A stretch of 64,000 bases of DNA, taken from contig CAKKNE010000005.1 in the NCBI GenBank assembly GCA_918797485.1, forward strand, positions 2,914,001 to 2,978,000. Direction: 5' to 3'. Positions 51,197-61,118 of this stretch are shown piece after piece. A program made the position numbers and the translations under genes. Every line of letters starts with the position of its first letter. Positions within the stretch are counted from its first letter, which is position 1. This DNA is from Pelagomonas calceolata (lineage: Eukaryota). The notes below the pieces were generated by a model. It made no database searches, was not told the DNA's origin, and saw only the letters and a list, made by a program, of their open reading frames with translations.

Positions 51197-54094
51197 ATGG
51201 TAGAAGCATTGACATCATGGGCAGCACCCGAGGACGAAGCGGGGGCGAGCTTCGCACGGCACCTAGAAGGCGTTTGCGCGCTCGGCCTCGGGAAGGACAT
51301 GGAGATAGAAGAACTCACCCAAAAAGTGAAAGCGCTAGAAGCACTCGCTGCGGCCGAGGAGAAGATTGGAATCGACCTCCGGGCGAGGACGCGGAAATGC
51401 GGGAAGATGATCCTGGCGACCGGCGAGGTCGTCGCGCTCCCGAGGCGCGCGGGCGAAGCTGTCGGCTTGGCGGAACGCGTATCGGATTGGCGGGCCAAGC
51501 TGGAGTCAGGAAAGATGGGCGTCCTGATTCTGCAGCAGGCGATGCTGCGCGACCTCTTCAGGCAGTGCCCGGACGAGGGAGAGGCGATCAAAGGCGCCAT
51601 AAGGCGCTACGAGGAAGACCTGAGAGGCCGGTTCGGTCCCATCTTGGTGGATCAGGTGGAAGACATCGCCGAAAGCTTGAGGGACGTGGACGCGAGGGAG
51701 CGCTTGGGCGTCTTCGGGGAAAAGTGGAACGCAGTTGTCGGGACGGCCGCGTCCGATCGGTTGAAATTCATGTGGGCCCTTCGCGGCGGCGAGGAGCTCC
51801 CGGAAGATTTTGATGCGCCGCTGATGCAGCCCGAGTCGCTACCGGAAGATTTTGACGAACTGTACGAAGCGGCGACGCGCGAGGCGCCGGCGCTCCTGCA
51901 GGCGATGCGGACTCTCGTGCAAGGCGCCGGGGGAAAGCTGTCGATCGCGCCGCGCCTTCATGAACCCTTCTCGCTCAAGGATCCGGACTTGACAAGCTCG
52001 AAGTCGTTCATAAAGACCCAGGACGGGGGCGTCTCCCAATCTATGAAGAGCCGGTCGCGCGCACGTTCCGAGTGCAACGGCGCACCGCGCCTCCTGCTCG
52101 ACCTCGTGAGCGGCCGCGGCGAAATCGACCAAGCCGCGGGCGCGGACAGCCTCGGGGCGAAGGCCTTTGAACGCGCGGGCCTCCAGCTCGCGCGCGTGCA
52201 GCTCGCCGGGACGTTCCTCGAGATCGTCGTGAGTCGACGGGACGGACCCGGCATACTGGGGACGCTGGAGCTGACGACGGGCGGCCTCACGAAGGCGTAC
52301 CGGGCGAAACGCAAGTACGCCGCCGAGTACCGGAAGGAGAAGGACGAGGCTGAGTACAAGGACCAGCAGAGCCTCGACAAAGACGATTTGTACAACCCCG
52401 ACGCCAAGAAGCGGATCGTCGGCATCCAGCACGACGTCGCGGAGATCATGGCGGGCTGCACGCGCGGGACCTACGCGGCCGACGAGCGCGAGATGCGGGT
52501 CGAGGCGAAGCTTATTAGGTCCAAGGACGGAGGCGGTTTGTCCGACAAATTGCGCAAGGGCGATCAGGTCGAGGCGCGCTACCACGGCCGCGAGAAGTAC
52601 TATAAAGGCACCATTTCCCGAGACCACGGCGACGGCACCTACGACATCGACTACGCGGCCGACGCGGCGAAGATCCGGGTGGACGCGGCGAAGATCCGGG
52701 TGGACGAGCTCCTCGCGGCGGCCATCAAGGAAATAAGCCAGGAAAATGAGCGGATCGAGTCGCTGACGCAGGCGCGGCGAAGTTACTACAGCGCTGCGTC
52801 GGCGCGCTGGGAGCTGCTCCGACGGATCGAGTTCCGGACGACGCAGAGGGCCGTGCAGCCGCTCGGCTGGGGCGGCCGGTCGTCGGAAGCCGCGACGTTT
52901 CTGGGCGATCGACGCACGCGCTACTTGCGCCTGGCCCGGGACCACGCGCGGGAATTGATGGCGTACTTCCGCTCGACGCTGGAGGACCTCGTCGAGAGGG
53001 TCAACGACTGCGAGACCGTCGAGGGGTTGCGTATCAATTGGAAGAAGTTGGAGGAGAGCTCGCACCGCATGGACTTCGACCAGCGGCGGTTGCTGGCCGG
53101 CGAGACGTCGAGGCTCGAGAAGGCGCGGCTCCGCTTCATCTGCGGCCCGCTCAAATCCCTCGCGCGCGGCGCGGTCAAGGCCGAGGAATACGAGGATGAG
53201 ATTCACGACTCAAAGAAGGCGCACGTGGGCGAGGATGGCCGCCGACTCTTGGGATGTGATTATGTGCTAGACTGGCTGCGCGGCACCGTGGTGAGCGAGG
53301 ACCCGTACAATCTATATGTGTTCTACCTGTTGCTGCGGTCGGAGGAGGACCGCGGCATCGGCGCGCGTTTCCACATCCAGCGGGTCAAGAATAAGTTCTT
53401 CGACGAACGGTACCCGAACCTTATCCGGACGAACGCGTTGATCAACCTGCTGCTGCTCTATCCGGCCGACGCGAAGGCCTTCAAGAAATCGGGCATACGG
53501 GGCAAGTGGGATGCGAAGTTCGCGGGCAAGCCCTGCGCGAGCGTCGAGGTCCAGCTCACGCTCAACGACTACCTGACGATCAAGAATCTCATGCACACGT
53601 ATTACGACGTGATGCGTGCGGAGGACCCGCGCTCGTTCCTCATCGAGAACCCCATATTCGTGGACGCGGACACGCTCGCGCCGGCCGAGGACGAAAAAGA
53701 CATCGCGGCCGCCTCGGCGCGCGTCGAGCGCCTCGAGCTGGAGCTGGCCGCCGCGCGCGAGCACGAGAAAGGGCTCGTGGAAGCGCGCATGGCGGAGCTC
53801 GAGCGGATGATCGCGGGCGCGTCGGCTGATCAGCTGCCGAGAGGGAGCGGGCGAGCGGTCGCTTCCTTGCAGCGAAGCAAAACCGCACCGGTCCTAAGGA
53901 AACGGGCGGCGTCCGGGGGTGCCGGCGACGTGGTCGCCGCGCCGGTCACGCCCCCGCAGGAGGGCGCGTCGTCGCCGGAGCGCGTGGCCACGCCCCGGAC
54001 ACACGTGCCCTCGCCGGAGCCGGAGGCCACGCCCGTACCACGGGACAACGATTACGTGGGCGAAATTTCCCAAATGTCCATAGCGCCATACTAA
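51197..54094 (+). CDS. RelA/SpoT-like nucleotidyltransferase-domain protein with inserted Tudor domain
   Basis: GPLKSLARGAVK, LDWLRGTVV, RVKNKF, NALINL, VEVQL; an earlier degenerate copy (MKSRSRA...LLDLVSG); Tudor LRKGDQVEARYHGREKYYKGTI. Confidence 0.65.
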   Translation: MVEALTSWAAPEDEAGASFARHLEGVCALGLGKDMEIEELTQKVKALEALAAAEEKIGIDLRARTRKCGKMILATGEVVALPRRAGEAVGLAERVSDWRAKLESGKMGVLILQQAMLRDLFRQCPDEGEAIKGAIRRYEEDLRGRFGPILVDQVEDIAESLRDVDARERLGVFGEKWNAVVGTAASDRLKFMWALRGGEELPEDFDAPLMQPESLPEDFDELYEAATREAPALLQAMRTLVQGAGGKLSIAPRLHEPFSLKDPDLTSSKSFIKTQDGGVSQSMKSRSRARSECNGAPRLLLDLVSGRGEIDQAAGADSLGAKAFERAGLQLARVQLAGTFLEIVVSRRDGPGILGTLELTTGGLTKAYRAKRKYAAEYRKEKDEAEYKDQQSLDKDDLYNPDAKKRIVGIQHDVAEIMAGCTRGTYAADEREMRVEAKLIRSKDGGGLSDKLRKGDQVEARYHGREKYYKGTISRDHGDGTYDIDYAADAAKIRVDAAKIRVDELLAAAIKEISQENERIESLTQARRSYYSAASARWELLRRIEFRTTQRAVQPLGWGGRSSEAATFLGDRRTRYLRLARDHARELMAYFRSTLEDLVERVNDCETVEGLRINWKKLEESSHRMDFDQRRLLAGETSRLEKARLRFICGPLKSLARGAVKAEEYEDEIHDSKKAHVGEDGRRLLGCDYVLDWLRGTVVSEDPYNLYVFYLLLRSEEDRGIGARFHIQRVKNKFFDERYPNLIRTNALINLLLLYPADAKAFKKSGIRGKWDAKFAGKPCASVEVQLTLNDYLTIKNLMHTYYDVMRAEDPRSFLIENPIFVDADTLAPAEDEKDIAAASARVERLELELAAAREHEKGLVEARMAELERMIAGASADQLPRGSGRAVASLQRSKTAPVLRKRAASGGAGDVVAAPVTPPQEGASSPERVATPRTHVPSPEPEATPVPRDNDYVGEISQMSIAPY

Positions 54095-54116
54095 GAGAGC
54101 TGTTGTGTGTCCACAG

Positions 54117-54782
54117 TTACATTTTACCCGAAATCTCAAAACGGCCACCAACTCGGCGGCTTCGGCAGCGAGAAATCGGCCGGCGCCGTGGACCGCGCGA
54201 GGTCCGCGTTGACCCAGCAGGACGCTTGCGGAGCTTGCCACTGGCTATCGCGGACGCCGGCCACGACGGGTCGCGCTCGTACGAAGAGCCAGGTGATGAT
54301 GTTGCCGTCCGTAGATCGCCCTGGGCCGAGATCGTGTCCTCCGTGTCAGGGCCCGTGAAGCCTCCCATGGTCGCCGCCTTTGGCCTGCCGACGATCAAGT
54401 CGGACGCGCCGAACTGCGGGCCGCCCTTGGCGAGGTCGTAGATGCACCCGTCGCCTGAGCCAAGAACGCGGGATTTCTTGGCCACGCCATCGGCGTCTTC
54501 GTAGAATATGAAGGCGTTCGCCGTCGCACCGTAGTCGTCCGTTGACCGATAGCCCAAGGGATTGAACCCGCCGAACGTGAGGCCGCGCTGCGTCTCGCAG
54601 ACGACCAGCGTGCTCCCGCAGTCGTCGACGCATCGATGAAAGTCCGACGCGCCCCAGCCGTCTCGGCTCGCGAGGTAGGCGCACTCGAGGTTCTTGCCCG
54701 CCAATGATGTGCCAGCCACGAGCTCGTTACTCGGTGGCGTTAGCCCTGTAGCGGCTGCAATAAGGAATGCAGCTTTTCTCAT
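54117..54782 (-). CDS. TLDc-domain protein
   Basis: YLASRDGWGASDFHRCVD, TFGGFNPLG, AFIF, GPQFGASDL; likely ATG at 54782; 3' end possibly frameshifted. Confidence 0.85.
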   Translation of the reverse strand: MRKAAFLIAAATGLTPPSNELVAGTSLAGKNLECAYLASRDGWGASDFHRCVDDCGSTLVVCETQRGLTFGGFNPLGYRSTDDYGATANAFIFYEDADGVAKKSRVLGSGDGCIYDLAKGGPQFGASDLIVGRPKAATMGGFTGPDTEDTISAQGDLRTATSSPGSSYERDPSWPASAIASGKLRKRPAGSTRTSRGPRRRPISRCRSRRVGGRFEISGKM

Positions 54783-54919
54783 CACAGACAGCATTACGTG
54801 AGCTGTTTGTAGTCCGCAGTCGTCAAAAAGCGTAAAAGAAGATCTATATCGTAGCAAGACTCAAACAGAATCCAGCCAGCGGCGCAGCTACAGCGTTGCG
54901 ATCTTCCAGCTAGGGATGC

Positions 54920-54941
54920 CTAGTGCCTTACAGGCCGCTAG
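54920..54941 (-). promoter_or_regulatory. CTAG-box motif
   Basis: CTAGTGCCTTACAGGCCGCTAG, ~140 bp upstream of ATG 54782. Confidence 0.7.
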
Positions 54942-55072
54942 CGCGATTTCCTAAACGCGAGCGCGGCGCGCGGCGCGGCCTGGGCACACTCGGGTGGGGT
55001 CGCATAGATTGCATAAGATCCCAGGCAGGCACGCAAGAGGCGAGGGCTTACCCTCGCGCCGCCGCCGAAGCG

Positions 55073-56199
55073 ATGGGCAGCCTCCTCTTATGGGCAGCGC
55101 TCAACGCGACGACGACGCCCCACCGCCGGCTCACGAATCGACCAACACGTACCGCCCCATTGGGACCGGCGCCCAAGGCCATCGTGCTCTTCACCCATTT
55201 AAGGCGGTGCGGCGGCTCGTTCGTCGAGGAGGCGCTCCTAAAACCGCACGCGAAGCGGCTGGGCAGCAAGCCCTTGTTGTGCAAGGAGGGGGCACTCGCA
55301 CGGCTCCAGCGTTTAGCGCATCCTCTAAGGAGGCAGTTCAAGCGGCAGCTCGAGGAGGCACCGTTAGTGTGGAGGCACTGCCCCTTCGGCGCGCACGAGT
55401 TACTGAGCGACGAGCGGCCCTACGTCTACATCACTATGTTAAGGAAGCCGTTCTCACGCATGGCGTCGTGGTTCGCCTACTGCGACAAGTACTCGCGGGA
55501 CAAGTGCCACACGGCACCCTACCAGGTCCACGGTGGGAGCAAAATCCTCAACTTCTACCAAGCTAGAAAGCGCAAGTACGATTCCATAGAACCGTCCAAA
55601 CTGGATACCGCGCGCAATGCGCCGGTCATCAACGCCCAGACCTTCCACCCAAATTGGTTGGAGTCTGCGTGGAAATCATTTCCCGGCGATGACGCGGCCG
55701 TCCTGGCTCGGTCGAGCGGTGAGGAACCGGCATTGCCACGCCATCGAGCAGGCATCGCGTCGACGGCGTGGAGGTCGACGCGGCGATTCAGGACGAACGC
55801 GCCGTAAAATTTTGATTTCCACACAGGTTGGAGTATGCTTTAGATGACAACTACGCTTCGAGAATGGTCGCGGGCGGCGCGTACCACGACGCGCCCGTGC
55901 CCGTCGACGGCGGCGCGCTGACGACGGCTCGGCAAAATCTGCGGACGCAGTACGCGTTCGTCGGGGCGCTCGAGCGCCAGCGCGAGTCGCTCTGCGTTCT
56001 CTCGGCGCTCTTGGGCGTCGCCACACCGAAGGCTTCGGGGGACCGGCTGAAGGGCCCGACGACGCATACGAAGGGGAACGTCCCCGAGGACTTTCGCGAG
56101 GCCTTCGCCGCGTACGTCGCGCAGGACGACCAGCTCTATGCCGAGGCGCTGGAGCTGCTCGACGCGCACGTCGAGGCGTTTCCGCGGTGTAAGAGTTGA
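55073..56199 (+). CDS. Sulfotransferase-like protein, two exons (55073-55656, 55827-56199)
   Basis: FTHLRRCGGS and YITMLRKPFSRMASWFAY resemble PAPS-binding motifs; ARQNL...YAFVGALE; splicing gives PNWLEYALDDNY. Confidence 0.8.
55657..55834 (+). mobile_element. Introner MITE with perfect 8-bp TSD (GT-AG intron 55657-55826)
   Basis: GTTGGAGT-CTGCGTGGAAATCA...TGATTTCCACACAG-GTTGGAGT. Confidence 0.95.
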
Positions 56200-56269
56200 T
56201 GTCCCGGCGACGGCGTAAGCGTAGGAATTAGATAACACAGTTATTTTTCGGCGCGAGTGGTAGTGAAAA

Positions 56270-57133
56270 CTAAGGTGACGGTCCATCGGTCCGGACTGAC
56301 GTCAGCGAGTCGACTCGGATCATCGGCGGCCGGCGCAGCTGCGAGTCGTCGAGGGAATTCTCCCGCGCGAGGCCACTCGCTCGTCTCGCCGCGTGCGCCG
56401 GGCTCTTCGGCTTTTTCGCGCCGTTGACGGCGGGCGCGAGCTTGATGGCGGGCGACGGCGGCGTCGCTAGCTGCGGCGTCTCCCCGATGGCGACTTGGTG
56501 GTCCCGGTTCGCGATCGCGGCGGCCGCCGCCATGTCGTTCCTCGCCAACCGCTCGGCGAGGTTCGCCACATCCTGCGCCGACCGCGTCGCGTCGAGCTGC
56601 GCCGCGACGACGCGCCGCGCCCGGTCCCTTATGCGCATCTGGCGCTGGGCGATCGTGCCGAGCGACCGCTCATCCACCAACCCGAGCCCGCGCAGGCTCT
56701 CGCCCCCGAACTCCGTCGAGATCGTCGCCGTCGTGCCCTGCTTCGCGGCGGCCAATACCTGCCGCGCGACCTCGACGCTCAGCCGCTGCCGCTGCCGGTG
56801 GAGGTTGTCGAACTCCTGGCCCGACCAGTAGACGTCGAGGCGCAGCGACCGCGAGATCTCGGAGAGCGGCGGGATCTGGACGACGTCCTCGAGGTTCTCC
56901 CGGAAGCTGACGCGCCGGTCGCCCGGCCGCGTCGTCTCTTCTTCATCTAAGTCGGGCGGGCCCGGCGGCCGCGAGAGCGCCCGGCACTCCAGGTCGACCT
57001 TGCGCCAATGCCTGACGTCTCTTTGAGAGCTCCGCGGCGACCGCGCCGTCGAGCCGGCCGTGTCCTCTCCGTCGGAGGAGCTGTCGACGCTGTAGTCGTC
57101 GTCGTGGAGTTGCGTGGACGGGGTGCAGCCCAT
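56270..57133 (-). CDS. Hypothetical protein with N-acylation-like start and RVxF motif
   Basis: MGCTPS; RRVSFRENLEDVVQIPPL; ESLRGL. Confidence 0.65.
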   Translation of the reverse strand: MGCTPSTQLHDDDYSVDSSSDGEDTAGSTARSPRSSQRDVRHWRKVDLECRALSRPPGPPDLDEEETTRPGDRRVSFRENLEDVVQIPPLSEISRSLRLDVYWSGQEFDNLHRQRQRLSVEVARQVLAAAKQGTTATISTEFGGESLRGLGLVDERSLGTIAQRQMRIRDRARRVVAAQLDATRSAQDVANLAERLARNDMAAAAAIANRDHQVAIGETPQLATPPSPAIKLAPAVNGAKKPKSPAHAARRASGLARENSLDDSQLRRPPMIRVDSLTSVRTDGPSP

Positions 57134-57588
57134 GAATCCCGCTCCGTGTGACAAGAAATGGAAAAGTTTGGCGCCGACCGTCGAGGGCCCGCTCGGGCGC
57201 CGCCGCGAGGTACCTATTGCGACTGATTATAGCGCTTCGCACCACGTCGAGCGCAGGCCGCCGAGATAGGCGTCGCTCTGGTGGCTCGCGCGGGCCGGCG
57301 CGACAGCGGTTTCACCTCTGAGTGAATTAGGCCTGTCGGATTTCACCGCTACGCCTGCTACTGAAGCCCCGAATTAACTTGCGGTGGCTTGGCCGGACTG
57401 AAACGAGTTGATTTCGATACCGCTCTGATAAGATGTGTTGCTCCCTGCGGCCGAGAGGAGCCGACTCACTCCAAGTCTGTAAAGTTTGCTAAGCCGACAC
57501 ATCGCCGACACAACTCTTCTGCCGACGCGAAGCTTCCCCTTCGCAAGAATCGTATAGACGAACGCGGCGATCTTTCGGACATGGCGAG

Positions 57589-57609
57589 CTAGCGGCTGTA
57601 AGACACTAG
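57589..57609 (+). promoter_or_regulatory. CTAG-box motif (consensus copy)
   Basis: CTAGCGGCTGTAAGACACTAG, ~130 bp upstream of ATG 57740. Confidence 0.75.
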
Positions 57610-57739
57610 CAAGCTGCTAAGGTTTGCGTGCTGCCCGCGTTTGGCTCGCATTCATGACGAACGGCTCAAACGAGGTCCGCTGAGCACCGCTGGCAGAGCT
57701 GAGCACCGCTGAGCACCGCTGAGCATCGCTGGCAGAGCC

Positions 57740-59344
57740 ATGCGCCTCAACACAGCCGCCAACCTCGCAGCCACGGCGGCCCTATTGATCGTGGGCGTCC
57801 ACCTCCTCAGCTTCGAGATGTCGCCGGAGCGGGAGGACCTCGACAGCAAGCAGCTAAGGGCGCGCATCGATTCGCTAAGAGCGCAGGCGGACGAGACGCG
57901 GCAGCTCATCGCCGCGATGCGCCGACACGCCGTTGTGGAAGCGACGCCCGCGCCCGTAGCCCTGCCGCGACGACCACCACCTTCAGTGAAACGTATGCGA
58001 GCCGACACGTCGAAGCTGCACACCGTCGTCCTCGCCGTCATGGCGCACGACCGCGAGGCGAGCCTGAGGGACTGTTTGAGAGCGGTTCTCACGTCGAGCG
58101 GCGCGACGCAGCTCTTGCGGGTCGGCGTCTCCATGGACGCGCCCTACGCCTATGCCGCTTTGCGCGCCGAGGCGCAGAACGCGGCCAAAGCGTATGACGT
58201 GCGCATCGATTGCTGGGAGCACGCCTATGCCGCAAGGCCCAAAACGCCGCGGGTCTTCGCGGGCTCGCCGGAATCGAAAATCTCGGAGCACGTCTACAAA
58301 GCGTTGGTCGAGGGGTTCCGGGTGGACGGCGCGCGGTACGTCATTTTGTTGGAGGATGATTTGCGAGCTGCATCAGATTTCTTTTCCGTCTTTAGCGTCG
58401 GCGTGCAACTCCTCGAGCATGATGAATCGCTGTGGTGCGTGTCGGCGTGGAACGACAACGCCGGTATCGCCGGCATGCACGGCTGGCGCCCCGATTCGTT
58501 GCGAAGGACCTCCTACTTCCCGGGCCTCGGCTGGCTGACCTCCAAACAGACCTGGGATTCGGTGCTGCAACCGAGCTGGCCGGCAGCACCCACAACGGGC
58601 TGGGACCACTGGCTCCGGGCCCAGGATTCGCTATCAGGGAGGGAGTGCGTCTTCCCCGAAATTCCAAGGGTGAAGCACGTCGCGACCGGCGGTTCTACCA
58701 ATGTCAGAGGCGGCGAGGCGGCGGCGTTCGAGCGGCGGGCCTTCGCGGGGGCGAGCACCGTCGAGACCTTTGAGTTAGCGGGTTTTGACGAGGCCGAGCT
58801 CAAAGAAGCGGTGCTTTCCGCGAAACGCGTATCCGTGGAGGCCGCCAAGGGGACTCAAACAGATGTGAGTGTCGTCGTCAAGTTCGTCGAAGAGCACCAG
58901 AAGCTGGCCAAGCTTTTCGATTTGTGGCACACGGAGTTGAGGGGATATAACAGACAAGGGGTGCTTGCTTTACGAAGAAAAGGCGGCGCCACTGTATATT
59001 TGCTTGATATGAGACGCTGTCCCTGGATCCAGGAGCGCATCTCCGACGCCGGTTCCGTCGTCATCAAAGCCTCTCAACCGGGCGTCGCCTGTACGTCGGT
59101 CTGCCGCGCGGCGCAGAAGACCTGCGACCCCAAGCTCCTGGTCTTCGCGGACCGGTGCGATTTGTTGAGGAAGCACTTCCCCTGCGAGGCGGGGTGCGGC
59201 CACCAGCTCGGTCCCGAACTGCCGGCCTTCGTCGCGCGGCCGGGCCGGGACACGTCGGGCCAGTGCCTGGTGGCGAGCGGGGGCTTCACGCCGACGTGCG
59301 ACGCGAAGCACCCGGCGACGCAGCGGCTCTGCGTCTGCGTTTGA
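57740..59344 (+). CDS. GT13 beta-1,2-N-acetylglucosaminyltransferase (GnT-I/POMGNT1-like) with Cys-rich C-terminus
   Basis: Type II TM segment, KISEHVY, ILLEDDL, CVSAWNDN, RRTSYFPGLGW, WDHWLR, RECVFPEIPR. Confidence 0.92.
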   Translation: MRLNTAANLAATAALLIVGVHLLSFEMSPEREDLDSKQLRARIDSLRAQADETRQLIAAMRRHAVVEATPAPVALPRRPPPSVKRMRADTSKLHTVVLAVMAHDREASLRDCLRAVLTSSGATQLLRVGVSMDAPYAYAALRAEAQNAAKAYDVRIDCWEHAYAARPKTPRVFAGSPESKISEHVYKALVEGFRVDGARYVILLEDDLRAASDFFSVFSVGVQLLEHDESLWCVSAWNDNAGIAGMHGWRPDSLRRTSYFPGLGWLTSKQTWDSVLQPSWPAAPTTGWDHWLRAQDSLSGRECVFPEIPRVKHVATGGSTNVRGGEAAAFERRAFAGASTVETFELAGFDEAELKEAVLSAKRVSVEAAKGTQTDVSVVVKFVEEHQKLAKLFDLWHTELRGYNRQGVLALRRKGGATVYLLDMRRCPWIQERISDAGSVVIKASQPGVACTSVCRAAQKTCDPKLLVFADRCDLLRKHFPCEAGCGHQLGPELPAFVARPGRDTSGQCLVASGGFTPTCDAKHPATQRLCVCV

Positions 59345-59370
59345 TGTATTGTGTTAAATTTTTCTTAGTT

Positions 59371-60927
59371 TTACCTGCTGAGGCGCGCGGCCCGCAGCGG
59401 TAGAAGCACGCGCAGGCGCAAGGCCAGCCGCAGCGACTCGTCCAGGTGGCCGCCGTTCCGGCCCGGCCCGGCCCGCCGGGGCCCCAGTGCCCCGTCTATC
59501 TCCTCGAGCGCGTCGGCAACGCCCGCGAGCGACGGAGGCAGCGGCCTGGCGTCGCGCGAGAGTCGACGCGCCACGCGGTCGAAGAGATTATCGTCGGAGG
59601 GGCGCCCAGCCAGAGCAGTCTCGGCGACGGCAAACGCGTCCGCCGGCACGAGCGCGGCTGCGTCGCGCGTCAGCGATTCCATCGGCCTCGGCAGGCCAGT
59701 TCGCGGCGCCACGAGGCACGACGCTCGGAACGCAGCGAGCGCGCGCGATCGAATCGTGGGACAGGCGCGCTCGGCGACCGCGTAATGTAGCGGCTGGTTC
59801 TGACGCCAGTCCTCTAGGTTCGCCTCGACCTCCTCACAAGCGCGCTCCAGAGCCGCGGACCATCGGTCAAAAATAGCGTACCGCTGAAGCATAGAGAGGG
59901 TCGCGTCGCGCGACAAGGTCTCAGCGACTATGGTGGCAGGGTCGCGCAGACAGTCGGCGAAGAAGGCGGCGGATTTCGCGCGGCAGAGCGCCCGCATGGC
60001 CTTCTGCCACCGCAGGCGCCACGTCGGGCAGAGCGACTCGAACGCCGTCGGCGCCGCGGCTCGGAGCGCGCGGCGTCGGTCACGCGGTGACAGCGAGTTT
60101 GCGGCGGCAAGGAGCGCGGGATCGATCGGGCCTGGCTGGGGCGGCGCACGTGCGGCGTCCAACAGGGTCGTCGTCGCCTCATTAAAAGTCCAGCGCCAGC
60201 CCCTGGACATATGACCCCAGTCGCGGTCGCGCGAGTCGCGCACGCCAAGCAGGCGCGCAGCGTCCCACGGGATGTAGCGTTGTCTTCTCTCCTCGCCGAG
60301 CTCCAGACACGCAAAGCAGACGGCACGGAGTCGCATGCGGTATGTACCCTGCGTCAGCGCCGCCGCCGCGCCAGCAACGCCGCCGATGCCGATGGAGTGC
60401 AAGAACGACGCGTTGCGCGCGGTGCGGTCGAGCAGCTCGTAGGCCAGAAACTCCAATGTGCGTCTCGCGAGCTCAGGAGGTAGAGCCAGCAGCAACGGCC
60501 GCCGACCGGGCGCGCGCACGCGCCGCCGCGCCGTCGGCCGCGCCTCGACGACGGGGGCATCGTCGCCGTCGCTCAGATCCGACAGGTCGGCCGCGGCCTC
60601 GTCGCGCAGAGCTTCTGAATTTCGTCGCGCCTCGGCCTCGGCGGCGCGCTCCCGCGACATCCGTCTTTCTCGCGGCGTCGGCGCGCGCACCGCGCCGCAC
60701 GCCTCACACGCGGTATTTGCTTTCGCATTCTCGAAAGTGCACGATGGGCAGAACCAGGTGGCGAACGGGACGGACGCGTCGTCGTCGTCAGAGGAGTCCT
60801 CTCGATCTCTTTCACCCAGCACTCTTTGCGCGGTGCGCGGCGGCGGCGGCCGCCAGGACGGCGCAGCAGCCGTCGTCGCGGCCAGGCCTCGGCCGAATCC
60901 TAGGTCTTCGAATGAGATGGATGCCAT
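59371..60927 (-). CDS. RanBP2-type zinc finger + F-box-like protein
   Basis: WFCPSCTFENAKANTACEACG; LLLALPPELARRTLEFL; likely ATG at 60927. Confidence 0.7.
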   Translation of the reverse strand: MASISFEDLGFGRGLAATTAAAPSWRPPPPRTAQRVLGERDREDSSDDDDASVPFATWFCPSCTFENAKANTACEACGAVRAPTPRERRMSRERAAEAEARRNSEALRDEAAADLSDLSDGDDAPVVEARPTARRRVRAPGRRPLLLALPPELARRTLEFLAYELLDRTARNASFLHSIGIGGVAGAAAALTQGTYRMRLRAVCFACLELGEERRQRYIPWDAARLLGVRDSRDRDWGHMSRGWRWTFNEATTTLLDAARAPPQPGPIDPALLAAANSLSPRDRRRALRAAAPTAFESLCPTWRLRWQKAMRALCRAKSAAFFADCLRDPATIVAETLSRDATLSMLQRYAIFDRWSAALERACEEVEANLEDWRQNQPLHYAVAERACPTIRSRALAAFRASCLVAPRTGLPRPMESLTRDAAALVPADAFAVAETALAGRPSDDNLFDRVARRLSRDARPLPPSLAGVADALEEIDGALGPRRAGPGRNGGHLDESLRLALRLRVLLPLRAARLSR

Positions 60928-61118
60928 CTCGACGCGTTTTGGCAGCCAGCACGGCAGGCTCTCTTTTGGCAGAGGCAAGGAGGTGCGACCGCTGTGCGGC
61001 TCGTGGGCAATCTCGAACAGTGCGCACGCAGTAGTGGTCGTCGAGTACTCGCACAAACGCGAACGCCTCGCCACGCTGACGCGCCGCGTAGCAGCTAGCA
61101 TTAAGAAGCCAGAGCAGC

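Noticed and set aside
57680..57738. GCTGAGCACC repeats upstream of the GT13 gene as a regulatory array
   Set aside because: Short local slippage repeats that I did not see elsewhere in the window.
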